A program made the position numbers and the translations under genes. Under the pieces are notes generated by a model, which did no database searches, was not told where the DNA came from, and worked only from the letters and a program-made list of their open reading frames with translations. A DNA stretch of 56,263 bases, counting the filler, from Platydemus manokwari (Eukaryota), in the NCBI GenBank assembly GCA_037951405.1. It is 5 parts of 5 records of this genome, joined end to end, with 100 filler letters (N's around TTAATTAATTAA, not from the genome) between each part and the next. Parts side by side here need not be neighbours in the genome. Positions count along the whole stretch, not along the records: positions 35,276 to 45,536 come from JBBMOY011152437.1; positions 45,637 to 56,263 come from JBBMOY011118330.1; 3 more parts are not named here. One strand, given 5' to 3'. Of this stretch, positions 39,621 through 52,900 are shown piece by piece (within the stretch, counting starts at the first letter, position 1; the number at the start of each line of letters is the position of its first letter).

Positions 39621-42600
39621 AAAGTCTCGGTCTTGAAAATAACTTTAACTCCTCCATTGAGCTATTAACCAAAACTTTCCAGGAGTTATAATTACAACTC
39701 AATGTCTCCATGTATATCGGTATTGCAAAAACCATTGTAATTTTAATTGTAATTGATGTGTTTAAAAATAAATATTTTATCTCAAATATTTGTTCAAGAT
39801 ATTATATTATATTATATATAAGATTTAATAGGTGTCATAGGAAATCATCTCATTTGTAATAAATTGTCATAATCATAAATTTTCATTGCATTACCTTTTT
39901 GATAAAGGCCGAAAATGCTTAGTGTTAATAAATAAAGAGGTAACAATAATAATAATTCCGAACGTCATCAAATTAAGAGAATTTTGGAAAGTTTTTGTCA
40001 GATTACCTGTACAACAAAGATTAAATATAAGGTTTCTAATGTAAACTTTACCTAACGGCTTCACCATGTCTACACACAAGTGATATAGGCATAAAACAAG
40101 CATGAGGTCGAATTATTACCGAAGGTCATTAAAATTCAAGGAAATTATAAGTTATAGATAGTGTAGAAGGATATATCTTAAAATTAAAACGAATAAAGCC
40201 AAATCATTCTGATAGCGTCTAATGTTAAAAGAAGGAGTCCTTGCTAATTTTCAATTAATTGCATTTTGACCCGTTTTTCAAATAATTAATTTTTAGGAGA
40301 TTTTAAAATCCTCTGCATGTATTATTTGATTCTAAATAACTAAAATTTTACTCAAGTACTTAAATAAAAAATTCAAAATGTTACTAAAGAATTTAATTAA
40401 ATAATCTATATATATATTTTTGCAATACACTCCACAATTTTAAAATTTTATTTTAGGACCCTATTTTTTAACTTTAGCCCTAAAAATAAGTTAATAAAAT
40501 TAATAAAATAGCATGACGTCATAACTTTCTGAATTGAAAAACTTGTTATGAATATTCAAACGAACATGACAGATATTATTTAGTTAAATTAATAATCATA
40601 TTAAATTAATCATAACCATAATCAAAAAATCAGACAAATGAAATAATAGATCATATATTTATAATTTGTCAAAATGTTTTTTAAATGTTATCCATCAACT
40701 ACAAGTTGTACTAAATTTGCTAACTGCTTACTTTCAATATATTTTTACAAAATGAATGCTTAATTCACTATTCAAGATTAGAAATATTTAAGAAAATCAT
40801 TTAAACAACTCACCAGCTTCAGACATATTAGCCAATAAGACTCCTGTAATATTATCAAAAAATATAGTAGCAAATAGTACAAATGGAGCATGATAAAAAT
40901 ATTCCTCCATATCAAAGTATTATTTTAAAAATCAATAAATAATCGATATGAATTATATATTTTAATAATCTATGAGACTAATTAGAAGGATGATGCATTG
41001 CTACAAACTACGCAGTCTAACTGACCAATTGGTTATCAAGTTTTATAAAAAATTAACGAAAACTTTTGTTATTAAGCACATAAATATTGTTTTTGTCATG
41101 TTTTCTAATTTTTTAAGTCGTCCAAAATGGTTTAAATCAGTGGAATATTAAACGTAAATATGTCTCTAAATAAATGATCATGAATGAAAAAAAATTTTTT
41201 TTACTACTTCAAAGTAATCCTATTCTGCTAGAACAAGTGATTTTAATTCTGTTAAAAGTGTTTCTGCAAGAGTTCTGATGATGCTTATCACTTAAAGGTG
41301 ACGAGGTATACAGTCTACGAAACCACAAAATATCCTCTAGTATGTTTAGCTTGATTTATTTATTTAGAGGCTTTGGTTGGAATAGTAACAAGCTGAAGAA
41401 GTTTAAATAGTTAAAAATTATTAAAGGTTATTGATTGAAATTAATTTAACTTCTGAATTCAATTTCTGATGGACAAAACAATCAAAGCAATTTCATCAAC
41501 GACCTGTTAAAAATAATTATTTTTATAATCTATTCGATTTTCTTGTCGTCTAAGTTTCTAAGCTTCTTGTGTTTCATGGATTATTGATTTGTCGAGTTGG
41601 CAATAATATATGCGCTAACTGAACACGTGATTTTTTAGGAAATGATAATTATGGTGTTTTTTACAACTTTTATATCTCATTTATTCTCTCTTATTTGATT
41701 TCTTTTTATTTCAATTGTTTTCTATTTTAATCATTTTTAAAGAATTTTCCACGTATAATTTTATTTTTATCGGTCACTTACATACAATATTTGATTGTAG
41801 TCATTGAGTTTAATTTTGCTTGGATATTAGCAATGCTTTTAAACAATTGTTTATTCATTGATCACATGATATGCCGACTTGGATCGTAATACCATGATGA
41901 GTTGCTTTTTCAAAAATATCAACACGAGTATTGCAATTGAATTTTTATGATGGGATTTCAAAATTGTAAGCCGCTACTATTTTATAAAGCACGCATTGAA
42001 AACCTACTTAAAAGTCATGTCACTGGATTATATGTTTAGATATAACTATTTAAACAAATTAATATAATTTTATATGAAATATGAATTTAAAAATTCTCAT
42101 AAAAATCAACTCTTTAATCAAATTAAAACAAACAATAATAAAGTACATTATAAATTTTTTACAAATCATTTTACAGGAACAATTGTGAAATACGGTACAC
42201 GTCACTGAAATATATAAATATGTGTTTTTACCATTTAATTGAACTTTGCCTCAATCATAAGACAAGATTAAGTCAGCAGAACAATGAGGGAAGGAGATAC
42301 ACTAAATGAAAGTCTTTGTTAAATTTAACAAGACGCCTTATCTTATGGAAAGCGAGACAAGGTTAACAGAAATCAAGTCAAATTTTGGAAAACATGCTTT
42401 GTGTGAAACAAATCGGGGAATCAATTCGCACAAATTAGTAGATGCGAACATCTCGGATTTAATAATAAATCGCACAAAAATGTGAGCACTAAATTATAGA
42501 AACAAAGTCTAAAGCATCATTTTTGGACCATCAATATATCATTTCATTTCATACCGATATTATACGTTGAAATTTCAGTTTAGTTGTATTAACATTCAAT

Positions 42601-42960
42601 AGCCAGCTAACATATTATTTCTAAAATTACTTTCACATAGAACAGATTTATCAGTTATTGGACAACCATGTATGTGCATGATCGGTTCTTATTTACAATC
42701 TAAAACCCAAGTAACAATCAGATTAAATAAATTTTATTATTTAAGGAGTATTATTTTATTGGATAAATAAGTTGACCAATCATTTACATTTCAATGGATA
42801 TTTGTCAGTTGCAATGTTAACCAATCAAAATGCTACATCGATTCACAAATCCGGCACATTACAACCAGAATAATGAAAATACAATAAAAAATAATCACTA
42901 CTGACTTCAAGGTCAAATCGATAAAAGAAAACAAAATCCATCACAGTGTCATTTATTCAA

Positions 42961-45502
42961 TCACAACAACTCCACAACATTTTGTGGTTCATCAAGGAAC
43001 AAGGTGCTGAAGATATCGTTGAAAAAATTGGGATGATATTGGCAAGCTCTTGTGCAATCTGGACAATAGTTGACCTCACAGATTCTTGGACAGATTTCAG
43101 CTCGTCCAGTGTTGGAATCTAAAAGAAACAAATCGATCTGTTGAAATATTGATCGATTAATAAAATAAAAATCACCTCTATTCCATTCAAGCATCAAATC
43201 AACTGCATACATGCCACGAGATTGAGGGCTGTGTTGGATTCGTAGCGGATCTGGTCGTTTGGTGACATCAATGAGCATGTTGTGCAATGTTTTGTGAATT
43301 GATTTCTATAATGTTTATCAATAAAATCAATACATCATAGTCGATAAATGGCCAAAACGCCGTCTAACCTGAACATCAACCCATGGATAATTTGGATACT
43401 GTTCATCGAATAATGATTGGAACTCTTCACAACCGATCTATAAATAATGATCGACAAGGTGAAATAAATCAATAGAAAACAAATGAATAAAAAATCGATA
43501 AACAGCAATTAAATATTTCGGCCGAATTCGATCCAAAGAAAGTCCAAAAATTACATTTTTCAATTCGCATTCTCCTTTGTAATTCATCACAGTGAAGTGT
43601 GTCTCATAATCGTCCCAATTGGCCAGCACAAATTCTCTACAAATGACAATCGATATTAATCATCAATATCTCCAAGGAAACAAGTGAATCACTTATTGGC
43701 AAATCTGAGCCAGAAAATGTTCGTTGTGAATGCACGCAGAGGTTCGACAGAGCTAATCAAAATCATGTATCGGATATCGAATTTGACATTGACGCTCAAA
43801 TCGGATCGATAGAACAATACTGGATCTGTGATGTATCGAGAAGCGATCTAAAAATAAAACCCATTGATTGGTGGTTTTCTTTTGGAAACATTTATCGATT
43901 ACTTTCGGTTCGCTTGGATAAGCTTCTACCATTCTCAAAATATGGTCCAGATTCTGGCTGATGAAAATGCCCATACCGCGAGCAAGATTCCATGGTTTGA
44001 CGATCCAGACTTGGCCGATATCGTTCTTGATTGCGGTACACGATTTATCATTCACACAAACACCACAATCGACATTCAAATGATGGCAATTGCATGGACA
44101 GTCGGCATTGATTTCCGAATCACTGCGATTGTCAAATCGTTTTTGATATTCGTCGAAATGATTCACGAATTCGCACAGTTCTGTTTTCAAATTGAATGTC
44201 TCAACGATCCAATCCCCATCCGATCCAAGCGCTGATAGCAAATCTTTCGTTGTCATGACAGTTTCTGATGGGAATTGATTGATGAGCGATCTCGGTTTGG
44301 TGAGAGAAAACGATTGGTAATCCTTGAAATGGTCGAACAACCAATAAATATCAGCTTCATCTTTGTTGTCGGTCAATTCAAATCGAGGATCGGTCAGAGT
44401 TTTCTTGATGAATTCGATATCGCTGTAAACGCGAAGTGTTCGCTTGTCATCTATCAATTTGCCAAGATTTTCAACACTCAAATCAGGACTGGTTTCCAAG
44501 CTGCGATGAGTCTGATAAATGATGATCTTTTGTAAATGTCACACCAAAAAACCCAATCAATACCGTAAAAAATTCGTCGGATAACGTTTTAATGGAACTC
44601 TGTTCGATTGGTAATTTTCTCGTCCAAATATATGAGATGCATTGGCGCAAATATGAATCTTTAATGTATTCCACTCGATTCACAGTGAAGATATCTAAAA
44701 TGTTTCATTTAGAAGGATCTTTAAAGATCTTAAAACTCAATTAGTACCCCCTTCATTGATATCGCGTATCAACCACATTACAGAATAACAAACACCATTT
44801 GGTACATAAATAAATGGTACTACACGAGCTAAAATTTGGACATTATAATTAAAAATAATAGTTAATGAATTCGTTTTTAATACCGGCAGGTGATACTTCA
44901 TCATGTTTTAAACAAATTCCAACTTCATCGAGAATGTACCATAATTTTTTCCTTTCTTCTGGAAGTTTCATCGTTACATCATAATATCGAACATAACTAA
45001 AACATTAAATAAGCTTGCCATCGAATGCTTTAATTCACCTCCATAAATTATCGACTATTGAATCGACAACAGATTCAACAGATGCTCCTTCTGTTTCGAG
45101 ACTGAGCATTAAAGCTACTCTTTCTCTCAACGAATCCATAGATTTTAATTGATCTCGAACTTTATCCATTTCAAAAGTCCATGCATTGTCAAAAAGGTAT
45201 ACACTATTTTTAGATGTTAATGTTTATTAGAAAAAAATTAACCTACTTTGTACCATCAGATGCTTTTAATTCTCTACTAGCAGCACATTCTACCTCAGTT
45301 TTATCAGCATTCAATCTCAAGTTACACACATCTCCAATATCATAAGTCTGAAATACAAAGGAAATTTATATTAATAATTTATATTAAATTATACCTCTTC
45401 ATTAAGCTTGAAAAATAAATAATACCAAAAGTATTCAGGTATATCTGATGATATCAATTGAGATTTATGATCATTTATAAATTGTCCAAAATCATATGAC
45501 AT
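42961..45502 (-). CDS. TTLL12: Tubulin tyrosine ligase-like protein 12, complete 12-exon gene
   Basis: Manual splicing, all introns GT-AG and 37-117 nt. Exons: 45502-45395, 45347-45247, 45203-45039, 44996-44884, 44828-44748, 44694-44564, 44526-43903, 43847-43693, 43636-43555, 43437-43369, 43305-43176, 43118-42961. The translation has TTLL12 hallmarks: FINDHKSQLISSDIPEYFW, VYLFDNAWTF, WYILDEVG, INQFPSE, WIVKPWNLARG, KFDIRY, FWLRFANK, HFTVMNY, MYAVDLML, EVNYCPDCTRACQYHPNFFNDIFSTLFLD. Confidence 0.93.
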
Positions 45503-45536
45503 TTTAATGTGAAGTTGGTAAGTGTTTTTGTGAATA

Positions 45537-45636
45537 NNNNNNNNNNNNNNNNNNNNNNNNNNNNNNNNNNNNNNNNNNNNTTAATTAATTAANNNNNNNN
45601 NNNNNNNNNNNNNNNNNNNNNNNNNNNNNNNNNNNN
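45537..45636. other. Artificial contig linker
   Basis: Same N44-TTAATTAATTAA-N44 spacer. Confidence 0.97.
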
Positions 45637-45683
45637 ATTAATTATAATGATTATAATTATGATTATAATTATTCATTATTCAG

Positions 45684-47206
45684 CTGGTAATGGATTATTG
45701 TCTGGGATCAGTAGCTGATATATTAGAAGGTAAGTTGTGTGATATTTCATTTAACTAGTGCCATAGTGTGTCTGTACAATTATAGTTCATAAAGAATCAT
45801 TGCGTGAAACAGAAATAGCTTGTGTTGTGACTGAAGTACTTTGTGGATTACAATATTTACACGGAAATGGTCATATTCATCGGGATATTAAAGCAAGCAA
45901 TATTCTCATCACTGATCAAGGTGGTATCAAAATTGGAGATTTTGGTTCGGTTAGCTTTATCAGTCCAGCAAATAGTTTTGTTGGCACTCCATTCTGGATT
46001 GCACCAGAAGTTATATTGGCTATGGAGAGTGGTTTATATAATGAAAAGGTTGATGTGTGGTCATTGGGAATCACATGTATAGAAATGGGTAAGATTTTAT
46101 CTATATATATTTATATATATGTATATGATAGACATATATGTAATGGATTGAAATGAAATGTGAATTTGGCGTTTTGTAGAGTTGACATCATTGAGTTGTA
46201 TTTGATTAATAATGAGCTCACATTCAAAACTGTTATTATCTGATATACAGATTATGTCAAATAACGGCAACAATGTATTGAATATTATTATTATCATTAT
46301 TATTATATGATTATTGGTGTAGTGATTGATTGATATAGCTATTCATTTTGTGTATGTGTGTGTTATATATGTGAGTGAGTGTGTGTGTGATCTTTGTTAA
46401 CCTTGTCACTGTGATACATTTGTTATTAAATATTGCTGGAAATATGTGTGTGTGTGTGCGAGTGTTATTTTCAATTTTATAATGAAATAGTAGACTATAG
46501 TAGATCACTGCTATTAATATCTCTATCATTTCATTGTTCACATTTCCATGTTGTCGAATCATGGTTCAATCGGGATTGATAAAACATTGTTTTATCATTT
46601 AATCATATCATAACATCTTATTTCAATCATTGACTTATAAAATACCTCTTGAAAACAAGATAATATAAATGGAATTCAATCTCACCAATTTATAAATATT
46701 AATCCGTGCGCATTGTCTTATTCCTCCCCCAATCATTCAGCCGAAATGGAGCCACCTTATTTCCGCAGCCTCAATCCTATGGCCGCCATGTATCAGATTG
46801 CTAGCAACGACTCTCCGAAATTATCTGAACCTCATTTGTGGAGTGCATGTTTTAATTCCTTCTTGGCAGCTCTGCTTCAGAAAATCCCAGAACAGCGACC
46901 ATCAGCTGCCGAAGCATTGCAGATGTCATTCAGTAAAACGTGCGGATCAAAAGAATTTCTCAATCAAATGATAGCTCGCACAAAAAATGCTGTCGCAGCT
47001 CAAGAAACTCAGATGAGTCACAAGTTGCGCAAAATGCTGCTCCATTGTGGCAATGGCGGTCACCATTGTAGCAATCATCAGGAACCAAGTTCAGCGTCAA
47101 CACGTGTCAGTGTCAATGCAGAGGACTCATCTGACATCAGTAGTTATTGTGCCACTGATGATACGGCTTCACTCAGTGTAAGTGTTTGTTTTTATTCGAT
47201 ATTGTC

Positions 47207-47241
<35 letters not shown>

Positions 47242-49621
47242 GCTGATTTATTATTATTATTATTATAGGATACTTGTGAACGCAGGGATAGCTGTAGCAA
47301 CAGTTGTGCTAGTCATAGTTCGTCTCTTAGCGACGGTATTTCACATGAAATACTGCCTGTCTGTAATACATCTGCAATGATTAGTAGCAGTAGTGAGACC
47401 GGGTTTCCAGGACGACATTTCACCAATGCACCATCAAGTAGTGGTCAGAGCAGTATTTCAAGCACCAGTAATGGAGCATTACATCGCACCAGTAGCGATA
47501 ATTATGCTGGTAGCCCAAGTTCCCAACTTCATAATTCACACCCTTCCAACCAGTTCAGTTTAATAGATACTGGCAAATCAATTCTGTCTCGAACCAATCG
47601 CAGCCAGAACAAATCCACTGGTGATGTCAGTGAACCGAAAACCACAATGATCAGTCCATCTCGAATCATGGCCGGTCCAATTACTCAACCATTATTGGAA
47701 AATATTGTGTCAAATCTCGATATTTGTGACCCATCAGTTCTCTATCCACCTCCTGGCGCTGGAACTTCCAATTTTGCAACACTGAAAACCAGCCGCATGA
47801 TGAAAGGATCGCACGCGTTTAGTGCTGCATTTCAAGAACGATTGGGCCAACAGAAACAAGCTGATTGGAGAGAACAAATGAATGGATTGAAGCGGTTGAG
47901 ATTTCAACATAAGAAACAATTGAAAAATCTCGAAGAAAGAAATGCGACAGAGGAAGAAAATTTGAAACAGGCGCTCAATCGTGATTTTGATAGCACTCGT
48001 CAAAATCATAACAAGGAATCAGAAAAACTTGAGGGCTTGCATCAGATAGATTTGGAGAAAAAGAAAAAAGAATTGGCAACCTATGAAGTGCAAATGTTAC
48101 GCAAATGGGATGCCGATACAAAAGGTGAGATCAAATCAGCCAAGAAAAACGCTAAAAGCGAAACTGGGTCAAGTAATATCCAAGAATTAATTGGGCGTCG
48201 CCAAGCAACAACTGAAGTCGAATTGCGGAAATTGAAGCGAGAATCGTTGCTAAGGATTCAAAATCTTGATGTAAGTGTTTGGATATTATCGATTTATTAT
48301 TTGAATAATTATTGATTTATTATTTGAATAATTATTGATTTGTTATTTGAATAATTATTGATTTATTATTTGAATAATTATTGATTTATTATTTGAATAA
48401 TTATTGATTTATTATTTGAATAATTATTGATTTGTTATTTAAATAATTATTGATTTACTATTTGAATTGTTAATGATATCTATTTTTAGAAACAACAAAT
48501 CGAAGAGCGAATCAAACTCCAGGAAAAACAACTGGAGCGTGAAAATGCCCTCATGTTAAGTCAGCACGAGAAATTACAATTACTGGAATACAAGCAAAAA
48601 GAGAATCTTCATCGATTGAAAATGGATCAAATCAAGAAGCAACATGATCTGGAAATGGAAAATCAATTGCAATATGCTGCACAATTAGAAGCTCAGCTTA
48701 AGAAGAAACATTCGCATGAAGTGAAAAATCTTCCAAAACATTTAAAAGTGCTCATTTTATTTGATGTTGTGATTAATTGATTGACGAGTATGATTTTTCA
48801 GTTGAAAGAACAAGAAATTCGCAAGCAATATCGTGATGCTGCCAGTATTCAGAAGAAACAATTCAAAATCTTGCGTGAGGAACGCCTTAGGGTAATGCGA
48901 AGCTCGACGGCAGATCCCAACTGCGTCAATCACGCCATGTCGGAGAAACAGTTGTTGGAGAATTTACGTGAGGAAGAGCGACGCAAACAAGCAGACTTGG
49001 AATCACAGTACGAGAACAGCATCGATGCATTAAAACGTCAGCAAAATGTGTGTAGCTGCCAAGCATGATATTTGGATATAATGTTTGTGAATGTATTAAT
49101 TCAGGATAAAATCGATTCGACTCAGTTCCAGGAGCTCACCAAGTGCCATGATGATCTCGAGAAAGAGAAGAATATGCTCAGTGAGTTCCAGCGGCTGCAA
49201 CAAGAACATATGCAGCAGTCTCATGTTGAAGACTACAATGCCTTGAAAGACAGAATTGTGAAAAGGAAGACATTGCTCGAGACAACAGTACGACAGGACA
49301 TCATTTTTCAATCATTTGTGTTTTATCCATGTTTTATCAATTCAGATTCAACAGAAAAATGAAGAATTTCAAAGTCGTCGTCGAATTCTTCTTACAAGCC
49401 TATTTGATCGACAAGCTTCAGAATTACGCGACTTCGATAGTGAAACGCAACGGATGGGTATCGATAATTATAAGGTTGTTAGCGCAACAAGCAGACAAGC
49501 GTCATCGAATATGAACAGTAATGTCAGATCACAAATATCTGGTGGTGGTCCCCATGGTAACGGAGGTGGCAGGGGAATGCCTGATTGGAGACACAGTAGA
49601 GCCGACTTCATGCCATCATAG
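45684..49621 (+). CDS. TAOK: Serine/threonine kinase TAO (STE20/GCK-VIII family), 5'-truncated at the contig gap
   Basis: Exons: 45684-45729, 45786-46088, 46741-47177, 47269-48270, 48490-48747, 48802-49047, 49105-49287, 49346-49621, all GT-AG and frame-consistent. Kinase motifs: [54 protein letters not shown]. These are followed by a Ser-rich linker and TAO coiled-coil motifs: [48 protein letters not shown]. Confidence 0.93.
47207..47267 (+). repeat. Interrupted (ATT)n microsatellite in a TAOK intron
   Basis: Read directly; it explains the poly-Y and poly-L tracts in the ORF track. Confidence 0.95.
48291..48467 (+). repeat. 23-bp minisatellite (GATTTATTATTTGAATAATTATT) x ~7.7 in a TAOK intron
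   Basis: Units start at 48291, 48314, 48337, 48360, 48383, 48406, 48429 and 48452. Confidence 0.95.
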
Positions 49622-50989
49622 AGATGTGCTTGATCATAGAGTGGGGTGTGATTGCAATCGTGGTTGACCATCATTATCTATCCAGTTGTGATTGTTTTAT
49701 CAATGGACACCGCCGCCGCCGTCGCCGCCACCACCATTATTATCATCATCATCATCATACCCTCCTATATTCGAGAGACACAGATTTGTCAGAGTGGCAG
49801 CAACTCTGTTGTGTGCTTGCGTAATAATGGGGCGTGAATAATGCACTCCCTCACACCAGTGTCTAGTTATCTTGTAGTTATGTATACATAGTTTTTATTA
49901 TTATTATTATTATTAATAATCGGATTCATTTGATAACAAGTTTGATTAATTTATTTATACATATGCTTTGTAAGACAATGCTTTGACAATTAAGAGAGAT
50001 CGATTGAGACAATGTTGATGACGATGAAACATTAATATATTTATATATATGTGATACGCTCGCGCGCGCTATGCTGTCAATAGGATGGGTTTTGTAATTT
50101 TCGTGTAAAATATTTTCGAGCATTGAACTTTTACTAAAGGCGATACATCTTACTTTATTCGATATAATTATTGAATTTGTTTTTTTATCATTTGCCAATG
50201 AACTGACTGTATAATATATTTGCTTCACAACCATAACGATAGCGCAGGATAGCATCGATATTTCTTTCATTAAATTCCCAGTGCTATTTGGAACGATGAT
50301 TTTATTCTATCAATTTATGTTTACTTGTGTGTAACTAGTACCTTCAAACGTGTGTTAAAGCTTTAAAATTTTGATTAATTTTCTTGGAACCTCAGGTGAT
50401 CATGTTTTTAATATTAAAATGAATCCCTACATGTTTGAAATAATATTTTCTAAATTCATTTTTGATGTCGTCAATGTAGTTTAACTCAATGTTTGGATAA
50501 CTTTTAATTACCGAGAACCTAATTTCATTATTCAGTTGTGGAAAAATCGTACAACCAAATCGGTATACACTAGCATTAAGTAAGTTTTTAAAATTAAACG
50601 CGATATTTGTCTACTTATTATTCAGATCAGTTATTTTGTTTATTTCTATAAAATTATTAAATTTGGTTTTTATTATATTACTGGTTCTAAGGAAATTCAA
50701 TAGGTTGTTTGATTATTATTGGTATTACTGAAAAATCATGAAGGATTATTTCTTAGGGCAAAGTTTAATAATTAGATGTATCGCATTTCAATATCAATAT
50801 AACCTCCAAATACAACTAGTTTAAATATTATTCAACAATAATAAACATATAATGTTTAAATCAAAAATTTAAAAATGACTTAAAATATTTTTTTTAAAAA
50901 GAAAGAAAACACAACAGTATAAAACTTACTGAATGGGAAGGATCGTGTACTAGAGCATGTAAAAATTATTGTTCACTAAAGAAAGTTAC

Positions 50990-52900
50990 TAAAATGGGTC
51001 AAAACTTTGACTTCAGCACAATAGAACCAGAAACAATTTGTGAAATCCTTTGCAAAAGGAATAAAATCGTTCACAAAATGCCTAGATAACCAAGAAGTAC
51101 CAGAGGATGGAAAACATATGCAGCATTTATGATACGAAACCCATGAATGGGGGCCACTGCTCAACTGCAGTTTTAAATTTTCACAACTATTCTGTTGAAA
51201 CAAGTGAAGAATCGGATTGATGAAAACATTTGAATATATGCACTCCAGAAGAGCCTAGGTTCAAATGTCGTATATACTGAAGACTACTTTCTACTACGAG
51301 CCATTATAGAAGAACACAGCAAAAAAATATCAATAACGTTGACATCGGAATCTTAGGCATCGAAGAAACTTTCCTTTCATTAGATCTCAAAGATATGTTC
51401 ACCATCCTTGAACATATGGACTTGACTGAAACTGTCTGACAGAGCTGCTCTATCTCCATGTTTTTATTTAATATGGAGATCAATCCAATCTTAGTATAAA
51501 TGAACAATTGTCTTATTGTAAGCTTCATAGTTTCAAGCCTTGTCCTTGCAGATAACAGTGATTATTGCGAAAAACAAAAATGGACTCCAAATTATGATCA
51601 ATGACGACGTATCGACTCTCAGACTCCAACTTTGTTTCAAATTCATACCCTCTAAAATGTGTGCACTTACATAATTGAAGAGCAAGTACTAACACGGAGG
51701 ATCTCCTGATCTACAATGAGAAAATTCCTACAATCAGTCTAGAAGAGCACGCCGCTACTTAGAAGTGAACTTCTCTTTGAAGTTACATAATACAACAGAA
51801 AGACGCATCGACATGGAAACTGATGAATAAACTGGAAAAATGCGTTTTACTATCATGACAGAAGCTAAGGGCCTTTGAGTTGTCCGTACACACCAAAATG
51901 ACTTTCTACGTAAGAAACTACTATATCGCTTATAGTAGATTAGTATTGTTTTTTGTGATGGTAAGAAAATATCTGATAAAAAAAATCCTTGGTGTACCGA
52001 AATTGTGCTCATCAAATTATCTCTACTCAATGAAATCAAATGGTGGTTGTCGACTACGAAGCATGCCGGAGGAGTGTAGAATGCAATCGATAATCCACAT
52101 GTATAATTTATTAACGACTAAACGTGAAAATGATCAGGATAACAGCCAAAGTGTTAGACTGAATAATCAAGCTGAGACAATCGAGGGACCATTAGAGCAA
52201 GTCAATTCGCATATTCTAACAAATAAAAGGAGCAAAACATTGTGTGGAAAAATAAGATGGAGCATTAAATAGGCCTCAAAGAGTATATATACCACGATTT
52301 CTTTCATTTTTATCAACGGAAAGATAATGTTCAGAGTTCAACAAAGCCTTACAATCAATGGTTCCCATTACGAAAGGAGTGCCTTAGAAGAACCAAAGAA
52401 ATCAAAGAAACACAAAAACTGCTATGGCAATGTTTTATACGATTATACCAATTAAACTGGACTAATCAAATCAGAAATGGACACTATGGCAGCTTCTCAG
52501 GAGTTATTAGTCCAATGTGGTCAAAAGTAGTTTTAAGTGGGTCGAAACATCTCAAAAGAATCTAGAAAAATAGACAGACCTCTGAGCTGTCCGACTATTG
52601 ATTTAGAGGTTCTCGGAACTGGTTAAACACAGTCAAATAAAATACAGCCCTAAAGAAATTAGGGATGAATAAGAAAATGATAAAAAATAGATCTCGCCTA
52701 AATAAAGTTGAATATAAATGCGAGCTATCTTCGATGGAGGTTCCACGATGGAAAGGGGACAGTAACAAAAATAGCTTTAAAATAAGGGAAGAGGATACCC
52801 AACAAAACATCGACTCTGTGGCTGAGACAGAATTGATTGAAATGTTGAATTGATTGAACTAGCGAACTGTGATTCATGGATCTATAGAAAGTAAGAATCA
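50990..52900 (+). mobile_element. Decayed non-LTR retrotransposon of the R2 group (RLE-type), RT to C-terminal region
   Basis: Degenerate RT motifs appear in order across frameshifts: FTKCLDNQEVPEDGK (FNxCL..IP..WK), EWGPL (NWRPI), QKSLGSNVVYTEDYFLLRAIIEE (QKGF...EHxFLL), LSLDLKDMFTILEH (LDLxxAFxSVxH), NDDV, and NGGCRLRS (GGLG). Confidence 0.65.

Noticed and set aside
41276-41326. CTGATGA...CGAAAC hammerhead-like spacing
   Set aside because: The intervening sequence does not form a stem II closing on GAAA, and no stems I or III are evident.
43864-44535. Plus-strand ORFs of 123 and 86 aa
   Set aside because: They are antisense shadows of the large TTLL12 exon.
45395-45729. Bidirectional TTLL12/TAOK promoter
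   Set aside because: The genes are separated by an artificial linker and TAOK lacks its 5' exons, so adjacency is unproven.
47186-47380. Poly-Leu, signal-peptide-like ORF
   Set aside because: It is a translation of the intronic (ATT)n repeat running out of frame into a TAOK exon.
48291-48467. Regular 23-bp repeats resembling a CRISPR array
   Set aside because: The units are contiguous with no spacers, lie in a eukaryotic intron, and have no cas genes nearby; this is a minisatellite.
49624-49837. ORFs with poly-Arg/His or poly-Ala/Ile tracts after the TAOK stop
   Set aside because: These are trinucleotide microsatellites in the probable 3' UTR; there is no other coding evidence.
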